Counted from the whole stretch's first letter, positions 36,654-50,227 are shown. The stretch is 60,355 nt of DNA, filler included, from Sphacelaria rigidula (GCA_964200075.2; 10 parts of 10 records of this genome joined end to end with filler, not necessarily neighbours in it); one strand, 5' to 3'. Program-made: numbers and translations. The notes: a model not told the origin generated them from the sequence alone.

Positions 36654-38073
36654 AACCAAAAACGCCTCGAACAATTTATCGACGTGCATGTTCGGAGCAA
36701 CCTGTAGTCTCAAATTGATTTTTCCGTAAGACTATGAAGAAACCAGCCCTCACATTATTGGAAAATTAGAAGCAGACCGATAATTTCAGAGATTTTCTTT
36801 GAGAAAAGAGTCCGGTAAAAAAAGGTACTCCGTCGAGTGCAGTCAGACAAGAAGAAAAGCGGAAAAGGTGAACGCCGACATGATGGCACAAATGAATGGA
36901 GAACCCGACTATAGCCCTGATACCGTGCCGCAGCCCCGTCTCTCGGACCCGAGGCCCCAATCCACAGCATCTCCGCGTGTGTCCTGCTGCAAAATTCCTC
37001 CTCTTGCCAGGTCGGGATACTGTCCTGTAGTGGTACAGTACGGGCTCAAAGCAGCTTTAATCCCACACTGTATCCCAAACAAACGTCTTTTCACGCACGC
37101 ATTATTTTGACTAGCATGTACGTGTGTTGGTTTTAACTTTTTTTTCAAGAATTCCTCGCTAAAGCGCCCTAACGGTACGTACGCTCTACAGTAACAGTCC
37201 CAAGCCGGTGACCATTCCATTCTGCGACATTTCCCACCCCCTCCAAGAAGATCTCAACAGGGCATGTAGGTCAACCCCATCCCCCGATAAACCCCCACGC
37301 TACCCCAACTCTCGGGCCGAAAGTACCTACTTCGTACATTTTTGCACGAACATGACTGACACTGTGTACAATGAATTAACGCGCCGACCCTGGACTCATT
37401 TCTTTTTCTTCCCTTGACGGAAGGAGGAAACCCAACTCATCCGTTTCAAGCGATGAACATGATCACTCAGTACGTTGAGCCGCCTACCGAGCTGGTGACA
37501 CTGCAGCGACACTGCAACACAATGTTCACGGCCATGTCGAACTGGGTTTGAGCCTCAGCCATACCCGGTCCGCCCTGTTCATGAAGGCACCAAGGGCGAC
37601 ATTCTCAAAGAGTGTGACATTTTTTTCCGCCTTCACGTTAGTGTTGCGTTTATTGTGCGGGAGTAGTTTGGGTAGGCATTACTATTATTTCAAATGAAGA
37701 ACGCCCTCTCGTAAGCGACGGCTAGCGGTGCCAATGTTTTGTGGTCACACTTAGCTCACATAAAGCGGACTGTACTGAACAAGAGGACGACTCTGATCAA
37801 GGGCGATTAAGAACGGAGGGATCAGGTCGCCGATACACCTTGTCACTATGTGCTACAGCATCTCACCTATGATCTCAAAGCTTGTCGGGTTTTGCGGCAG
37901 GAGATGGGTATCATGTTTTTTGTATCCACAGAAGATCCACTCTGAAGATTCGGATGTCATGGGGAAGAGCCGAAGTTTCGCACAAGTCGGACAGCTCATG
38001 AGCTACCTTCATATTACTATTTATTTGTATACTGATCCGGATCATGAACTAGCTAATTTGGCCCCCAACTGTT

Positions 38074-38150
38074 CGCGCGCCGGTGGCCTTGTGGTCCGAC
38101 TGTCACCATAAGTTTCCAGAGAACGTGGGTTCGAGTCCCCATGCGTCGGT
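38074..38150 (+). mobile_element. tRNA-derived SINE head
   Basis: A box TGGCCTTGTGG, B box GGTTCGAGTCC; no proper cloverleaf; related to 3961-4034. Confidence 0.65.
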
Positions 38151-41100
38151 TGTTTTCTCCGAAGTATCTGATTTTCGACATTGAAACCGTGAGTACGTTG
38201 TAAAACAAAAGTAGTTTACTAACGACTTTGTTTGACGAGAGTTGGCGCGGTGAGGGAGTGCTGAAGCAATCAGCGACATCAAAATTCAAGGAGTGTACCG
38301 GATAAAGATAGAGATGGATTGATCCCTTGAGATCGCGGAGTGGTCCGGAGGAACGGGGGGTTCAACGTGTGACAAAAAATACAAGAAATACTGAAAGAGC
38401 CATACTCCATGCACAGCTCGAAAGAGTCGCTCTTGTATATAGTGCGTGCCGGTTGGAAATATACCCCTCCCTGTCCCGCACCTCATGCGATATGTACAAT
38501 TCTTAAAGTGTAACACTGTACAATGGTAAAGACACCTTACGCGACGATGCAGTGAAAGGTACGTATAACAGACGGCGCGGTAGCATCGTACCGCGATGAT
38601 ATGCGTTGTTTTGCGAGAGGGGCTCGACAACACACAACTGAAAAGCTCTCTTCGACAATAATGCAAACCGGAGACGCAAATATCACAAGTGGGCTTAATG
38701 TCGAAACCCAGAAACGTTTTGGGGCCGACCGAAACTGCGCTGTTCTCAATTGTCCGTATACATCATACATAATAGCAAGAAATGAACTGTTTTACACAAA
38801 AAAGCTGCGTTGCTCGACCAATAGTGGTGCTCGTCCACTGGTCGATCTGTTAGGTTATAGTGCACCAGTGGTATCTACCGTGCTCTCCCACCGTCTACTA
38901 GAGTTGTGTATTGGCCAGTTTCGTCAAGACGTGAGTGTATAAGTATAGTATTGCTGATGTTTTGGTGCTGTTGTAGTGCCGCCATGGTCGTGCCCCACCC
39001 GGGCACGAGCCAAAAGGCACAGCCCAAGCGGGCCCCCCCCCCCCCCCCCACCCGGCTGGTGAGTGGGCTCCCGCGGCGGCAGTGATGCGCGTTCTGGCTT
39101 CACCCCACTTTGCAATTTTGGCTATGAAAGACCGCCCGAGAGCAGCATTTTGCGCGTACGAACTTCATTTTTATGAAAAAATGCGGGGATAAAAATGTAG
39201 GAAATTACATAATAATGTTCATTCAGTGACGTTTAATACTTCCAGAAGTACGCAGAGGAGTCAGCGTGAGATACCGAACAGAGGATGCCGTCATGCACGT
39301 CTTCAGTTGCCTAGACCCGTGTTCGCATGGTACATGGTGTGGAGAGACCGCGTGGTGATGCATGCCTCATGTACCGTAGCTCGCGCAAATATCACTACAG
39401 CTGAATAGTAACGATAGCAATTGCACGGGTACGTTTAGTTGAAAATAGCTACATCATGCGCAGAAACATACTGATGTACATTTAGTCTCTGTACACATCC
39501 CTGTAATCTAAGCACGCCGCGATCTGCAGGCCACGCTTTTCATGTTTGTGTACCTCGCGGTATGTCCAATCGCTACTCTGAAATGAAATAATGCTGGGAT
39601 CTATACTAAACTCAAGTAGTTTTGTCACGTAAAACCAAACCCAAGTCTAGAAATCATCCGATGCGATTTGCACCAAACAAAACCACGTGGTGTCCTGGTA
39701 CCATGCCTGACTCAAGGACTTGAATACCCCCCCCCCCCCCCTCTCCCCTTCAATCGAATTTCGACAGTCCGGATGATGATCCTTTAAAGTTTCTACTCAG
39801 GTCCCTTGCCGCCTCTCTCCGTGCACGACTAGCTGAACACGAAGTCTCGTACGGTGAAGGTTGAGAATCTTGTCGTACAAGTGGAGGTTGCTATGAGCAC
39901 AATTATTTCTTGAATGAGAGTCTCTTGGTTCCGCCAGCGATTGTTTCTCTCTTTCCGTCACACTTCTAATCCCTGCCTCCCTTCTTCTCGGGACGAGTCC
40001 GTGGTTTCTGTTGATCAGCTCCCCCCCCCCCCACGGCACGCCCCTTGCGTTATAGCATGCGGTGGATGAGATCAGCACTTCGGCACTGCGTTGCCTTCAG
40101 ATTTCTTCGCTGCTCTCGTCTTCATCCTTTCAAGAACGGAGGAATGAGACAGTTTCCTCGAACGTAGGACCGGGGCCGGTCATTCGCGTTCGTTTCCCCC
40201 CTGTCCCCCCAACCCCCCTCTTTTCCCCCTCTCTTGTGTCACCGTGTACTCTTTTTATCGTGTCCTCCATTCTTCATCGTCTCCCTTTCTCGAGTTCCTT
40301 CGGCGCGTGATTCCGTTCCGGGTACATTAGTATGTAGGCATGGTTCACGTCCATCATGTCACCATGACTGAATATCTAGAGGCATCACTCAGTGTGCGAT
40401 AATCAATCAACCAAATCTAGCATCTCTTCCGACATTAAGTGGTATCACACCGATTACACCACTGAGGCGCGGCAGCAACAACGCTGGATGCGCTCACTTC
40501 TCGTATATCCGTTTCTCATTTCATGCATCTCGCCGCATGTACTCTTCCTGATAATGGAACTTGATCAATTGTGTCTTTGAGTCAACCCTCTACAGCTAGG
40601 CGTTCAACCCCGTCAATAAAGACATCAACTGTCCCTTAGACAACATCATGGCTCCTTGACATGGGGCCCGGAACCATAGAAAAATCTCTGTATTGAAATA
40701 TATTCTGCACAAGGCATGAAGCTTAAGGCATGCATCCCACACGGCCATTCACTGCGCCGTAATGAGGAAATAAATGTAGAAATATCCAGAAGCCGTCATC
40801 TATATGCAAGACAGTCAGTATGCTGTGGGGCGAACAATCTTAGCATAAAACAGCTTACCCCTGATGCGACTCGCCAAACATAATACGGCGCTTCGCGCTG
40901 GTGATTGATTACGATCCTGGTTCGGCAAAAATCCGACGTGCTCCGTCCTGGCTCGGTAGGGATGCGGGGTCAAGGGTCGTCTGACTACGGCGTGCAACAT
41001 CATGATTACACCCCCCCTCCCCCCCGCCCTCGCCACCCCCCACCTTATCTTTTGGCATCATAAAGGAAAATACGCATGGACCAAATATTACTACACAAGC

Positions 41101-41846
41101 AGTACAAAGACCTCTGCCAGCCGCTGCACTAGGTGCAAGAGTGATTCAACGTGATAGCTTTGTTGATATTGTAATTTGTTGATATTGTCCTTCGTCCTGT
41201 ACACAGGGTGACACGGTCTACAGGAGGCTCGAAAACTCAACCGCTTCACTGTTGGCTTTGCAATGCCACTCTCACTTCGACTTTCTGACTCGCGACCAAC
41301 TCGTACCAATAGCTCGAAAGAGAGTACATGCCCTCTCGGGATCCAGGAACGCAATTGCTGCTAAGATGTCGCGATCGCCGCTGAGCTACTCAGTCAGCGC
41401 TCCTTGAGCAGCGAACAGTGATTGTCGTGAACTCTCAACACTTTTGATCCGTGAATCAAATATATTGTCAGACGTCTGAGTACCTCCAGCATCCTAATTG
41501 AGTAGATTTGGAATCCCCCCCCTCTCCCCTCCGTTAAACTTGGTTCCGAGAAGAAACGGTATGGCGTCCAACTGAAAGATACGTCAGCCCTTGGCTGATT
41601 TGAACATATGCAAGGGCAAATATACCTCTGAATCTACGGGGGCCTCAGTAACTATACATGGTAGGTTGAAGGAAACCCTTGATTGTGCGCAGCATTTTGG
41701 GTACATTCATTTCTCTTGTGTATCGTTGCGACGAAATTCGGCTTTAATATTGTTCTCTGACGAGAGAGCGAATGCTGTGTGCAAATATCTATCCGGCCTT
41801 CTTTCATTTATAATTTGTTTTTGGCATTGTGTCTGGGGATGCGAAT

Positions 41847-42057
41847 TGTAATGCGTGAGAGGACCGCATACTTAGAGGACCGCGCCGTAGTTCAAAACAC
41901 CTCAGGCTCGATGTTTTTCGAAACCAATCGGGCCAGTCCCTGCAGGTACCACGCCCCTGACCATAACCCTAACCCAAACACCAACCCTAACCCCAACCAT
42001 GAGGGTGTTCAAATTCCGAAGCGGTTCTCTAAGCAAGCGGTCCTCTCACGCATTACA
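41847..42057. mobile_element. 211-bp copy of the TGT...ACA telomere-repeat MITE
   Basis: TIR TGTAATGCGTGAGAGGACCGC / GCGGTCCTCTCACGCATTACA (21 bp perfect); TSD CGAAT (41842-41846, 42058-42062); internal CCCTAA-like hexamers. Confidence 0.93.
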
Positions 42058-42321
42058 CGAATGACCATAGTCTCAGCAGAGTAATTCTGTATGTTCTAAA
42101 AATCCCTCATATCAAAAGTGGCGCCTCTCTGCTAGTGGCAACAAGTGTCATTGTGCTACGATGGGGGGGGGGGGGGGGGTTTTGCGCCATTTGTCCCAGG
42201 AAATTTTACCTCAAATGGGGGNNNNNNNNNNNNNNNNNNNNNNNNNNNNNNNNNNNNNNNNNNNNTTAATTAATTAANNNNNNNNNNNNNNNNNNNNNNN
42301 NNNNNNNNNNNNNNNNNNNNN

Positions 42322-42534
42322 TTGGGCTGTGTGGTGAGCCTTTGCATGTGCCCCTGTCAACCGGACACGTATGTTCCCCTTCGAGGTGCCTAAAAATCCC
42401 TTTTTGAAAAGGGGATTTCTGTGCACATTGAGGGGATTTTCTTGGGGGGGTGGTATCGCAGCGACCAAACAGTGGTCGTTTTTGAAAAAGGGGATTTTGA
42501 AAAAGGGGATTATCCCCTTCGTTAAGACAGGCCC
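42322..42534. mobile_element. Right end of a PIF/Harbinger(Tourist)-like element
   Basis: Ends AAGACAGGCCC followed by TTA; repeated TTTGAAAA(A)GGGGATT subterminal motifs; left end lost at the contig edge. Confidence 0.5.
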
Positions 42535-44614
42535 TTAGTAAAAAATCAAGTGATTAACCATTTTGACGACAAATGCGCAAGCTCTACTTGAGTCTCAAAT
42601 CGGCCCCTCTGGATTCTCAAATCGACGCCAATTCACAGGCGCCGATTGACGCTTTACCAACGCAAGCTTCGCCTACGGCACTGTACTGTATGTGTCACCC
42701 TTTCCCGACTGTTCTCGGTTAGCCTCGGGATAGGGTTTGACTCAGGGCGTGTCTTCGCACATTAATTTTCGATCGAGTAAGCGCGGTGGGAACGAAACAT
42801 TCCGATCTGATCACGTCGTCACAGCAACATAAATGACGTGGATGCAAACGACGATCCACCAGATCGGAATTTTTCTCTCCTGCCGCATCTTTTCGATCGA
42901 AGCAAGTGCAGCGGGAAAGTATAATTCCAGTCTGATACGTAGTCGTTCACGTCCACGTCATGTATGTCGAACTGACGACCTATCAGATCAAAACTTCTTT
43001 CCCACCGCACTTTTTCGATCGAAAAATAATATGCAAAGGCACGCCCCCCTAGAACACGGCCGTAGGGGTAGCCTTACGGTTTGACAAAGGCAGAGTAGAC
43101 TCCAACCACGGAGTCGGGAAGCCAGGTTGGGGAGAACCCCCCTGAGCAATGGAATGCTCCAGGGAACAAGGATGTTGCAGCACATGCGGACAGGGAGTAT
43201 CCTTGGTACTGTGCATTGAAAAAGTAGCCGAAACATGAGCTCCTGAAAATGTCGAAAATATCATTGTGGTAACACTCAGGCGTTACAATCTCTCACATGT
43301 TGTGCATGGTGACATGAATTCATCTATTCTTCACAGGGGTGTACCAAGTTTCCGTGGTATTCATTGCCACCGCACCCAGCGGTACCCCATACCCGGCCGC
43401 CCACTCGTCACGAAACCTACTACAGTATTACTAATCAAATAGTACGATTTTGCCGTCCCGATCGTTGGGGTGCACGGGAGAGAGGGCACGGGCGCGAAAT
43501 CAGTTGCAATGCTGCTACGGATATCCCCTTAGTGTCTCAGCGGAGCCCTAGCGGCGACCGAGTCCGTCACTACTTTAGCCGAACTGTACAACTGTTTCTA
43601 CTGGACGTACCGGGTCGCAGTTGGTATTGGAGTTTGTATTGAGGCACATCCGTACTTTCGGGAAAAGCGAGAACAGTTGCGCGTGCGGAACGGGTTGGGA
43701 TGCTGGTGGCGACCTTCGTGATGATGATGGTGTAGACGGTAGGAGAGGGTCCGCAGTGGACCAACAGCGTTGGTCGACGCTATGCATCGTCGAGATATGG
43801 TCGTTGGTGAACGTGGCGCTAATGATGCTGCCGTGACTGATGGTTTCATGCTTCCCGAGATACTGCTGCTGCTCCGGGTGTTCACCACAAACGCCGCATG
43901 TACAGATGCATTGTAGTTGCTGCTGTTGTTTACCAAAATGATTAGCCCCAGAAATAATACCCTCATACTCGACAATGAGCAACCATGCAGAGAAAAATAG
44001 AAATGCGATGAAGACAGAGTCATTGCCTCAGGTGCTCTTGGCTTGACCATGATCCTGCTGCTGCTCTAGATTAGTGCTCTTGTCTCTTGTGCCCGGGACT
44101 GTCAGCTACCTGGCGAAATTGAAACTTCAAAGTACACTTACAAAATATGTCATGCTATTATCCCCCAAAAGTTGCAATATATAAACAGTGCAAGACTTTG
44201 CCTGTGAAGTTTTTTTTTGAACTTTTATCACAGAAATGTAGGTTTTAAACTCAATAATTCATTTCTCTCTCTGCTTTCTTCATATGCCTTGCGCTGTTGG
44301 AAGAAATCGACTCATGCATTTCGATCGCGGGTGTGGACAAGAGAACCGATGTGGAGTTACCAAATATACAAATATATGGTCTTGTCCCACCCTACCGCAG
44401 TAATATCTGTAGCACGTACCGAACGGTGCGCGGCAGCAGAAGGGGGGTGGGGAAGCGACCCTGGAGAAGCGTTCTGCCAACTCGTTGACAATTGTGAATT
44501 GAATTGGGTTCGAATCATTCGATCACATCGTTTGATTTTATTTGAGGCTTCCTTACCGACAGTACAGTACAGTACCGCAACGTGCGGTAACTCCGCAAAA
44601 GAAGTGACCCAGCC

Positions 44615-44809
44615 ATGTCGTACCTGCTGCCGCACTTGAGGACGGGTTGGGCCGTGGACCAAGCCATTTTGAATGAGGAAGAAAGGGTTGTGTGCCTAAG
44701 GTTCGGCCACGATCATGACGTGACATGCATGCAGATGGATGAGGTTTTGGCGGGAGTCGCGGAGACGGTGAAGAATTTCTGTGCCATCTATGTCGTCGAC
44801 GTATCAGAG
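44615..44809 (+). CDS. TXNL4A: U5 snRNP protein Dim1 (thioredoxin-like 4A), exon 1
   Basis: MSYLLPHLRTGWAVDQAILNEEERVVCLRFGHDHDVTCMQMDEVLAGVAETVKNFCAIYVVDVSE matches the conserved Dim1 N-terminus; similarity ends at AG|GCAAGT. Confidence 0.96.
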
Positions 44810-45060
44810 GCAAGTTTCTACTGTTGTAGTTCAGGCGGTCTACGTGTTACGCTCTAGGTTGTGCTCGCGACATCCAGTTCCCGTAAATTCCTCTGGAAAT
44901 TTCAGGGAGGGTCTATCCACTCAACCACGCATCTGTTTTGGAGCATTGTGACGCGGTGGTGTTCTAATAGCAGGCGTGGAATGGATTTTCAGTTTTTTGA
45001 TGCCCTCCGTGGACTGCACTTGACTGTCAAAATCCTCTACAACGGTACTGTTGTACTGCC

Positions 45061-45417
45061 GGTCGCCCCGGTGGCTCAGTTGGTAACCTCGTAACTTTCT
45101 GATGGTTGAGTAGTGGGGTTCGATTCCCGGAGCGATCTGGGAGTTTTTCTCACACCATGCCCGACAGTGGAGAGCGACTATGTCGTGGGTACACAAAACT
45201 CGACTTGACGGTCGACGAGGGAAAGGGACAGCTGGACCTCTCTCGCGATGAAAATAAGGCAAGCACCGCAGAAGGAAGGTGGAGTACTAAAAACAAATAG
45301 AAAATAAAAAGCTCCCGTGTTGACCTTCCTCCTGTGTGACCCCGGCTGCTGCGCCCACATATCCCGAAAGGTATAGACTGGCGCCCAGAATAAAAGGGAC
45401 GACCACACTGCTGTACA
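45061..45417 (+). mobile_element. tRNA-derived SINE in the DIM1 intron
   Basis: A box TGGCTCAGTTGG and B box GGTTCGATTCC, no complete cloverleaf, followed by a ~270-bp body. 3' boundary approximate. Confidence 0.7.
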
Positions 45418-45456
45418 AAGTAGTGTTGATATGATTCCCGACTGCTGCAAATAATT

Positions 45457-45718
45457 CACGGTTAGGACGAATCATCACGACTACGAATCACCAAATCCAC
45501 GATTTCTTCGGCCTGATTGCCCAAAAGGGGGAAAAAACGTTGACCACTGGTCTAAGGGGTAGCAACTTCACGCACTTTTGCGCCATTCCACGTGTATGGA
45601 CTGCGTGTACCTGGGTTGCAACGCTGAAAACAAAGCCTAGGGATTGACTCGTAGGATTCGAATCAATTATACTAAAATCAAGTAATTAACAGACGACTCA
45701 TTATTTGTCCGACCCTTG
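45457..45718. mobile_element. hAT-type MITE (second copy at 52555-52810)
   Basis: TIR CACGGTTAGGACGAAT / ATTTGTCCGACCCTTG; degenerate 8-bp TSD AAATAATT/AAATGGTT. Confidence 0.8.
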
Positions 45719-46543
45719 AAATGGTTTCGTGTCTCTTTTTTTTTTTCACCACCCCCAATAAATTGTTACAAGGTGGTCAGCAGACTTGATGGACCATAAG
45801 ATCACGATGATGTTGACGTTCGAGTATAGTCAATGCTCACGACTATTTCCTGAAGGAACTCTGGCTCGATTCTACCCATCGCAGCGCACAAACTATCGGT
45901 ATGTCTCAACGGCTGGCAAAGCATGTACACTCACGTACACAATGGTCATTTCCCATTCTTAGATCCAAAACGCAATCGCGCAAAACTCGCGCTCGCTGTA
46001 CTGCGCGACATATGTTGCCACTTCGCACAGGGGTAAGGTATGGTAGTAGCTATCGTTCAAGGCCAAGGCTCTGTTCGCCGCCTGTGATTTTTGCTACTCG
46101 TGGTTTTGTCCTTTCTGCCAGCTTTTTCATTTGCGACAACGGTGCACTTGATATATTGGCGCGAATGTATCTTAGCTATGCACCACAAGTTGAGTTGTCT
46201 CATTAGGTAGTACTGTGTGTCTAGAGATATCATGAACTTTGTACCGGGGTGTTTGAGCATGTTTTGGGGTCATGTGGGTTATTCACACTTTCTGAAGTCA
46301 GCATGATTTCGATTCGACAAATCGATTCAACAGACCACACACCCTCGCGGCTAAGGGATGGCCGCCTCACTCGGCGCAGTATAGTAGTATAATTCTATAA
46401 TGGACTGAAACGTTCTTGAGCGGAAGTATCAGTATGTATTTCACTCTGGTCCTCCAAGTGTTCGCTCGAATATCGTGGGTTCTTGTGTTCTTGTGTCGCC
46501 GGCCCCTGTGGTGTCGAGATTTTGCGTTGGGTATGTCTAAAAC

Positions 46544-48008
46544 TAGTGGTGGGCACCGGCAGTAAAAAAAAGACGGTTATCGGATAGGAGGTGTTATTCA
46601 GGAGCTGTTATTCTCAGGATAGTAAAACCAGTTAAATAGGTTTTTTTCCAGCCGCTTGAACCCTTTTGGAACGGTTGATGGAAAAGTGACGATTTACAAA
46701 CTTCCATATGCGAGCTTTCGTCACCGGGAAACGTCACTTCGAGTTCGGTGGACGAATCTGTCACATTAGTATGCTTGTAACTTAGAGTGGTGCACTGTTT
46801 TGGTGGGCTGCATCATCAACAATTGGGTGGAAAATAGCCATATCTTGCCCAAGAAAACGTCATCTATAAATCGTCACTTTTCCATCAACGGTTCCAAAAG
46901 GGTTAACCGGTTCACTGATAACGGATTCATCCTGATGAGCAAGGGAAAATGCCTCCAAATCATGGAAGCGCAGGTAAATTAGGTGGTGTTGTCAGGTGTT
47001 TCGTGTGTGATGGGTAATTGATACGCTCAAACACACCGATTGCCGGTGACGGCAAGGTTTAATCTCACACCTCCGCACCCGTGCAACATCTGTCGATCGT
47101 GCAGCACAGTGGCTTGTGACATGAATGTTAATGCTTGATACGAAATAGTGTTGGTGATTACTTGAACAGCTGCTGTACGACAATTGAAACTGGCATGGAC
47201 AAAACGACGAGACATGACGATAGCACGACAGGTTACTCTGTCCATGTGAAAAGTCTCCGGTGTGAGATGTAGCGTGCAAGCCAACACACCCCGCCCGCCC
47301 CTGCAAACCAATGTCCAAAAACAAGAGAGAGGAGCAGGGGTAGTGCTTTCCCTCAACTTTGCAGGGGAAAGGTGAAGAAGTGCGGCGCCTCAGTCCAAAA
47401 GCAACGAACACAGCGGACAACGGGAAACCCACACGAGATGCTGCAAACCACACAAACCACGCGATCGCGCCTTCTCCCTGGTCAAGTTTGCTCTACAGAA
47501 TTAAGGATTACGCAATAATCGTACAGGAGCGATAGGCGACAAGACATCGCATCAACTTTTATCAAGGAGAAACACTGACGGCCAGGCCAGACTTGCTTGT
47601 GTGCATGCGCCAACATCATGGTGGTGCTCTCCTTGAGGAAACTAAAGCAGATCTTCGGAATGAACAGAAATTCACGCCTACTTGCTTTACTTGAACAACC
47701 GGACAGTTGTACATTACTCTATAGTATGTGACATTGTCACTCAAGCAGCAGTAGTTTACTCCTCTTTGCGCAAGACTCCTATTTCGCTGCCAAACTTGAC
47801 CGCAACTGAACCCCGATTAAATCGGTTCAACGGCCGGAATAACACCTCCTTTCCCTATTGAACCCGTTCACCGGTGGACCGATTTAATCGAGAAAAAAAA
47901 AAAAACATTTTTTTTTCAGAACCAGAACCGGTAAACACGTACTAGACTTTTCAACAACAGGTTATAATCGTTTTTTTTCTTTCTTTCTTTTTAAGGTGCC
48001 CACCTCTG
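46544..48008. mobile_element. hAT-like non-autonomous element carrying nested insertions
   Basis: TIR TAGTGGTGGGCACC / GGTGCCCACCTCTG; subterminal inverted AGGAGGTGTTATTC / GAATAACACCTCCT; TSD poorly preserved. Confidence 0.6.
46661..46902. mobile_element. piggyBac-type MITE
   Basis: ~35-bp TIR CCCTTTTGGAACGGTTGATGGAAAAGTGACGATTTA / TAAATCGTCACTTTTCCATCAACGGTTCCAAAAGGG, flanked by TGAA and TTAA. Confidence 0.85.
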
Positions 48009-48568
48009 GTCCACACGCTTGTCGACGTCAAGCTACGAGTACATCAGTATGAACATCAAGTCTTACACACAAGCCATGCATGGGCTTACATGGACTGGAC
48101 TGGAAACCGCTACAATAAATCTCTTGTTTTTCTTCTCGTCACACTTTGAAATCCCTCCCCTTCCTCGAAAGGGATGCGTGGCCAATGGTCAAACGACTAG
48201 GGCAAGCAACAAATGAGTACGCCCCAGCCCACCAGCCCCAAACCGCCCGGCGTGGAGCACCGAGACNNNNNNNNNNNNNNNNNNNNNNNNNNNNNNNNNN
48301 NNNNNNNNNNTTAATTAATTAANNNNNNNNNNNNNNNNNNNNNNNNNNNNNNNNNNNNNNNNNNNNTGGTGGGTGGGGGCCTCGACGGCGGCGGCGCGAG
48401 GGGGCGGCGCCCCCGGGGGGGGGGGGGGGGGGGGGAGGGGGGGGAAGAAAGTGAAAACGCCTGCTCAATTGATCACTTCCCTTCCACCTAGTATGTGTGG
48501 CATAAGCCAGCCCCACCCACCCGAGGGGTGCTCCATTCCCTGTCATAGGAACCCGAACAACAACTGAC

Positions 48569-49121
48569 CGTGCGCCGCTGTTGTCGCTGGTCCCGATCGT
48601 CCGCATTAGTTGGCGTGCTCCCCTTCTCCCCCTGCCCCACCGCAAGACACCCGCGCTCCGCCAGGAGCGCTTGATCATGCTCCTGCCGCCCTTCCTCCCC
48701 TTCCTGCTCCTCCTCCCCCCCCTCCTCCTCCATCTCATATGCCACCCGATACACATCAAGACCTTGTGAAGCACGTTCGCTTACAGCAACAGGGTTGCCT
48801 TTCCCCTCTCCAACTCTGCCGCGCCCCACGGTACTACTAGCACGACCACCGCCGCCGCCCCCCCCGGCCGCGGGTATTGCAACGGACAGCGCCGTCTGAC
48901 AAACCCTCAGCGTCAGTTCTCTAACGCGATCATCAGGGGAAAGTAAGAGCTCCCTCAGGCTCCTGTTTGTGCTCGTGCCGGCGGCGGTAGAGCTGCAGCC
49001 GAGCTCGCTCAGTAGCCAGGAGCACGTTTCGGGTCGCGCGGGAAGCCCATCACGCAGCGTCTTGACCCATCTTTCCATCAGTTCCCACTCTCGTGCTTGC
49101 ACCAGCGTTCCTAGAGCGAAC
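48569..49121 (-). CDS. USP9X/24/34-like ubiquitin-specific protease, downstream exon
   Basis: gatAG acceptor; (R)FALGTLVQAREWELMERWVKTL...SWLLSEL...LRELLLSPDDRVRELT; phase-compatible with the previous exon. The 3' boundary (GTCAGT at 48568) is tentative. Confidence 0.7.
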
Positions 49122-49709
49122 CTATCCAGAGGAGGGGGGGGGGAGGGGGTGAAGGAAGGCGCGCGGGTAGTAGGAGGGGTGGAGTCGCGGCAGAATTGTG
49201 TGTAGAGCTAGATGTTACAAAAGAGAGACGGAGAAAGAAAAATAATGCCATCATCCCCTTTCTGTTCTATATTTTTCTCTGCCTCTTTTTTCAAGGACGC
49301 AAAAAGGAACCGATTCTTCAAAGGCTAAAATCGCGAATTCACCCATACCCTCGGGATAGGCTTTGGGACGAACCCAGCTTCACCTGGCTACTGGAACTGT
49401 AGTCCTTTTCCTGAGGCTTGTGACATAGATATTCCGTGGATAGTGGATATTACTTCAATTATCACGGGTGACAATCAAGCGAAACATATGTAGGGTATCA
49501 TGTACTGTATAGTCTTAAGACATCAAATTACAAAGGGCTGGCAAAAAGCAGAAACGAACGCTCTCCCCGTGGGTAGAGGTACGCCTTCTGGATGACAAAT
49601 TGAAATCGGAAAGGGATCAAGCAAGCATGTAACTGATGAGGACAAGAATGAATCCTCCGTTCCGCTTTACACCATCCTACATAACTTGACATATGCCATG
49701 TCTCTGTAC

Positions 49710-49817
49710 CTGGTGGCAAGCTGCAATTGTGCCGCGTTCAAAGTCTCGGACCCCGCCGCCGGGTGCATGAGAGTAGCAAGGAAATCATAGTATGCTGGGT
49801 CCAAAACGTTCTTCTTC
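49710..49817 (-). CDS. USP-like protease exon
   Basis: tgcAG acceptor; (R)KKNVLDPAYYDFLATLMHPAAGSETLNAAQLQLAT(R); GTACAG donor; phases match both neighbours. Confidence 0.8.
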
Positions 49818-50227
49818 CTGCAGAACAAAACATTGTTGACAAGGAACACCAATGACAGTTTCCAAGCACGTGAGCAAGTTATGTGAGCCAACAGCGGCGT
49901 TGCCCTCGGGAACACAACACAGATGAAGCGCTGTCGCCCGTACTTGAAGGGGTTTCGTTTCGTACACCACGCGCACACACCACATATAACACACAGCATA
50001 CAGGCACAAGCGTTGATACACCTGGGTAAAAGCAGTCTCGGGGGCGTTCGCGCCACCCAGCAACCAACCGCACACAGTTCATCGCTGACGACGTATCCAG
50101 CGAGACAAAAAATGCACCCGTTCGCTGTCTGCAACCCAAGTAACAACTGCCAACCACGTGTGCACCGCAGGCAGACGAGCAAACCCAACACGAACAAAAA
50201 AACATAGTCCCCGCACAGAAACACCAC

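Noticed and set aside
36925..37580. Two possible short minus-strand exons (GGPGMAEAQTQFDMAV..., DSIPTWQEEEFCSRTH...)
   Set aside because: Plausible splice sites but no recognisable homology; cannot be supported without transcripts.
45061..45140. tRNA gene
   Set aside because: A and B boxes are present but there is no convincing anticodon arm or acceptor stem; better explained as a SINE head.
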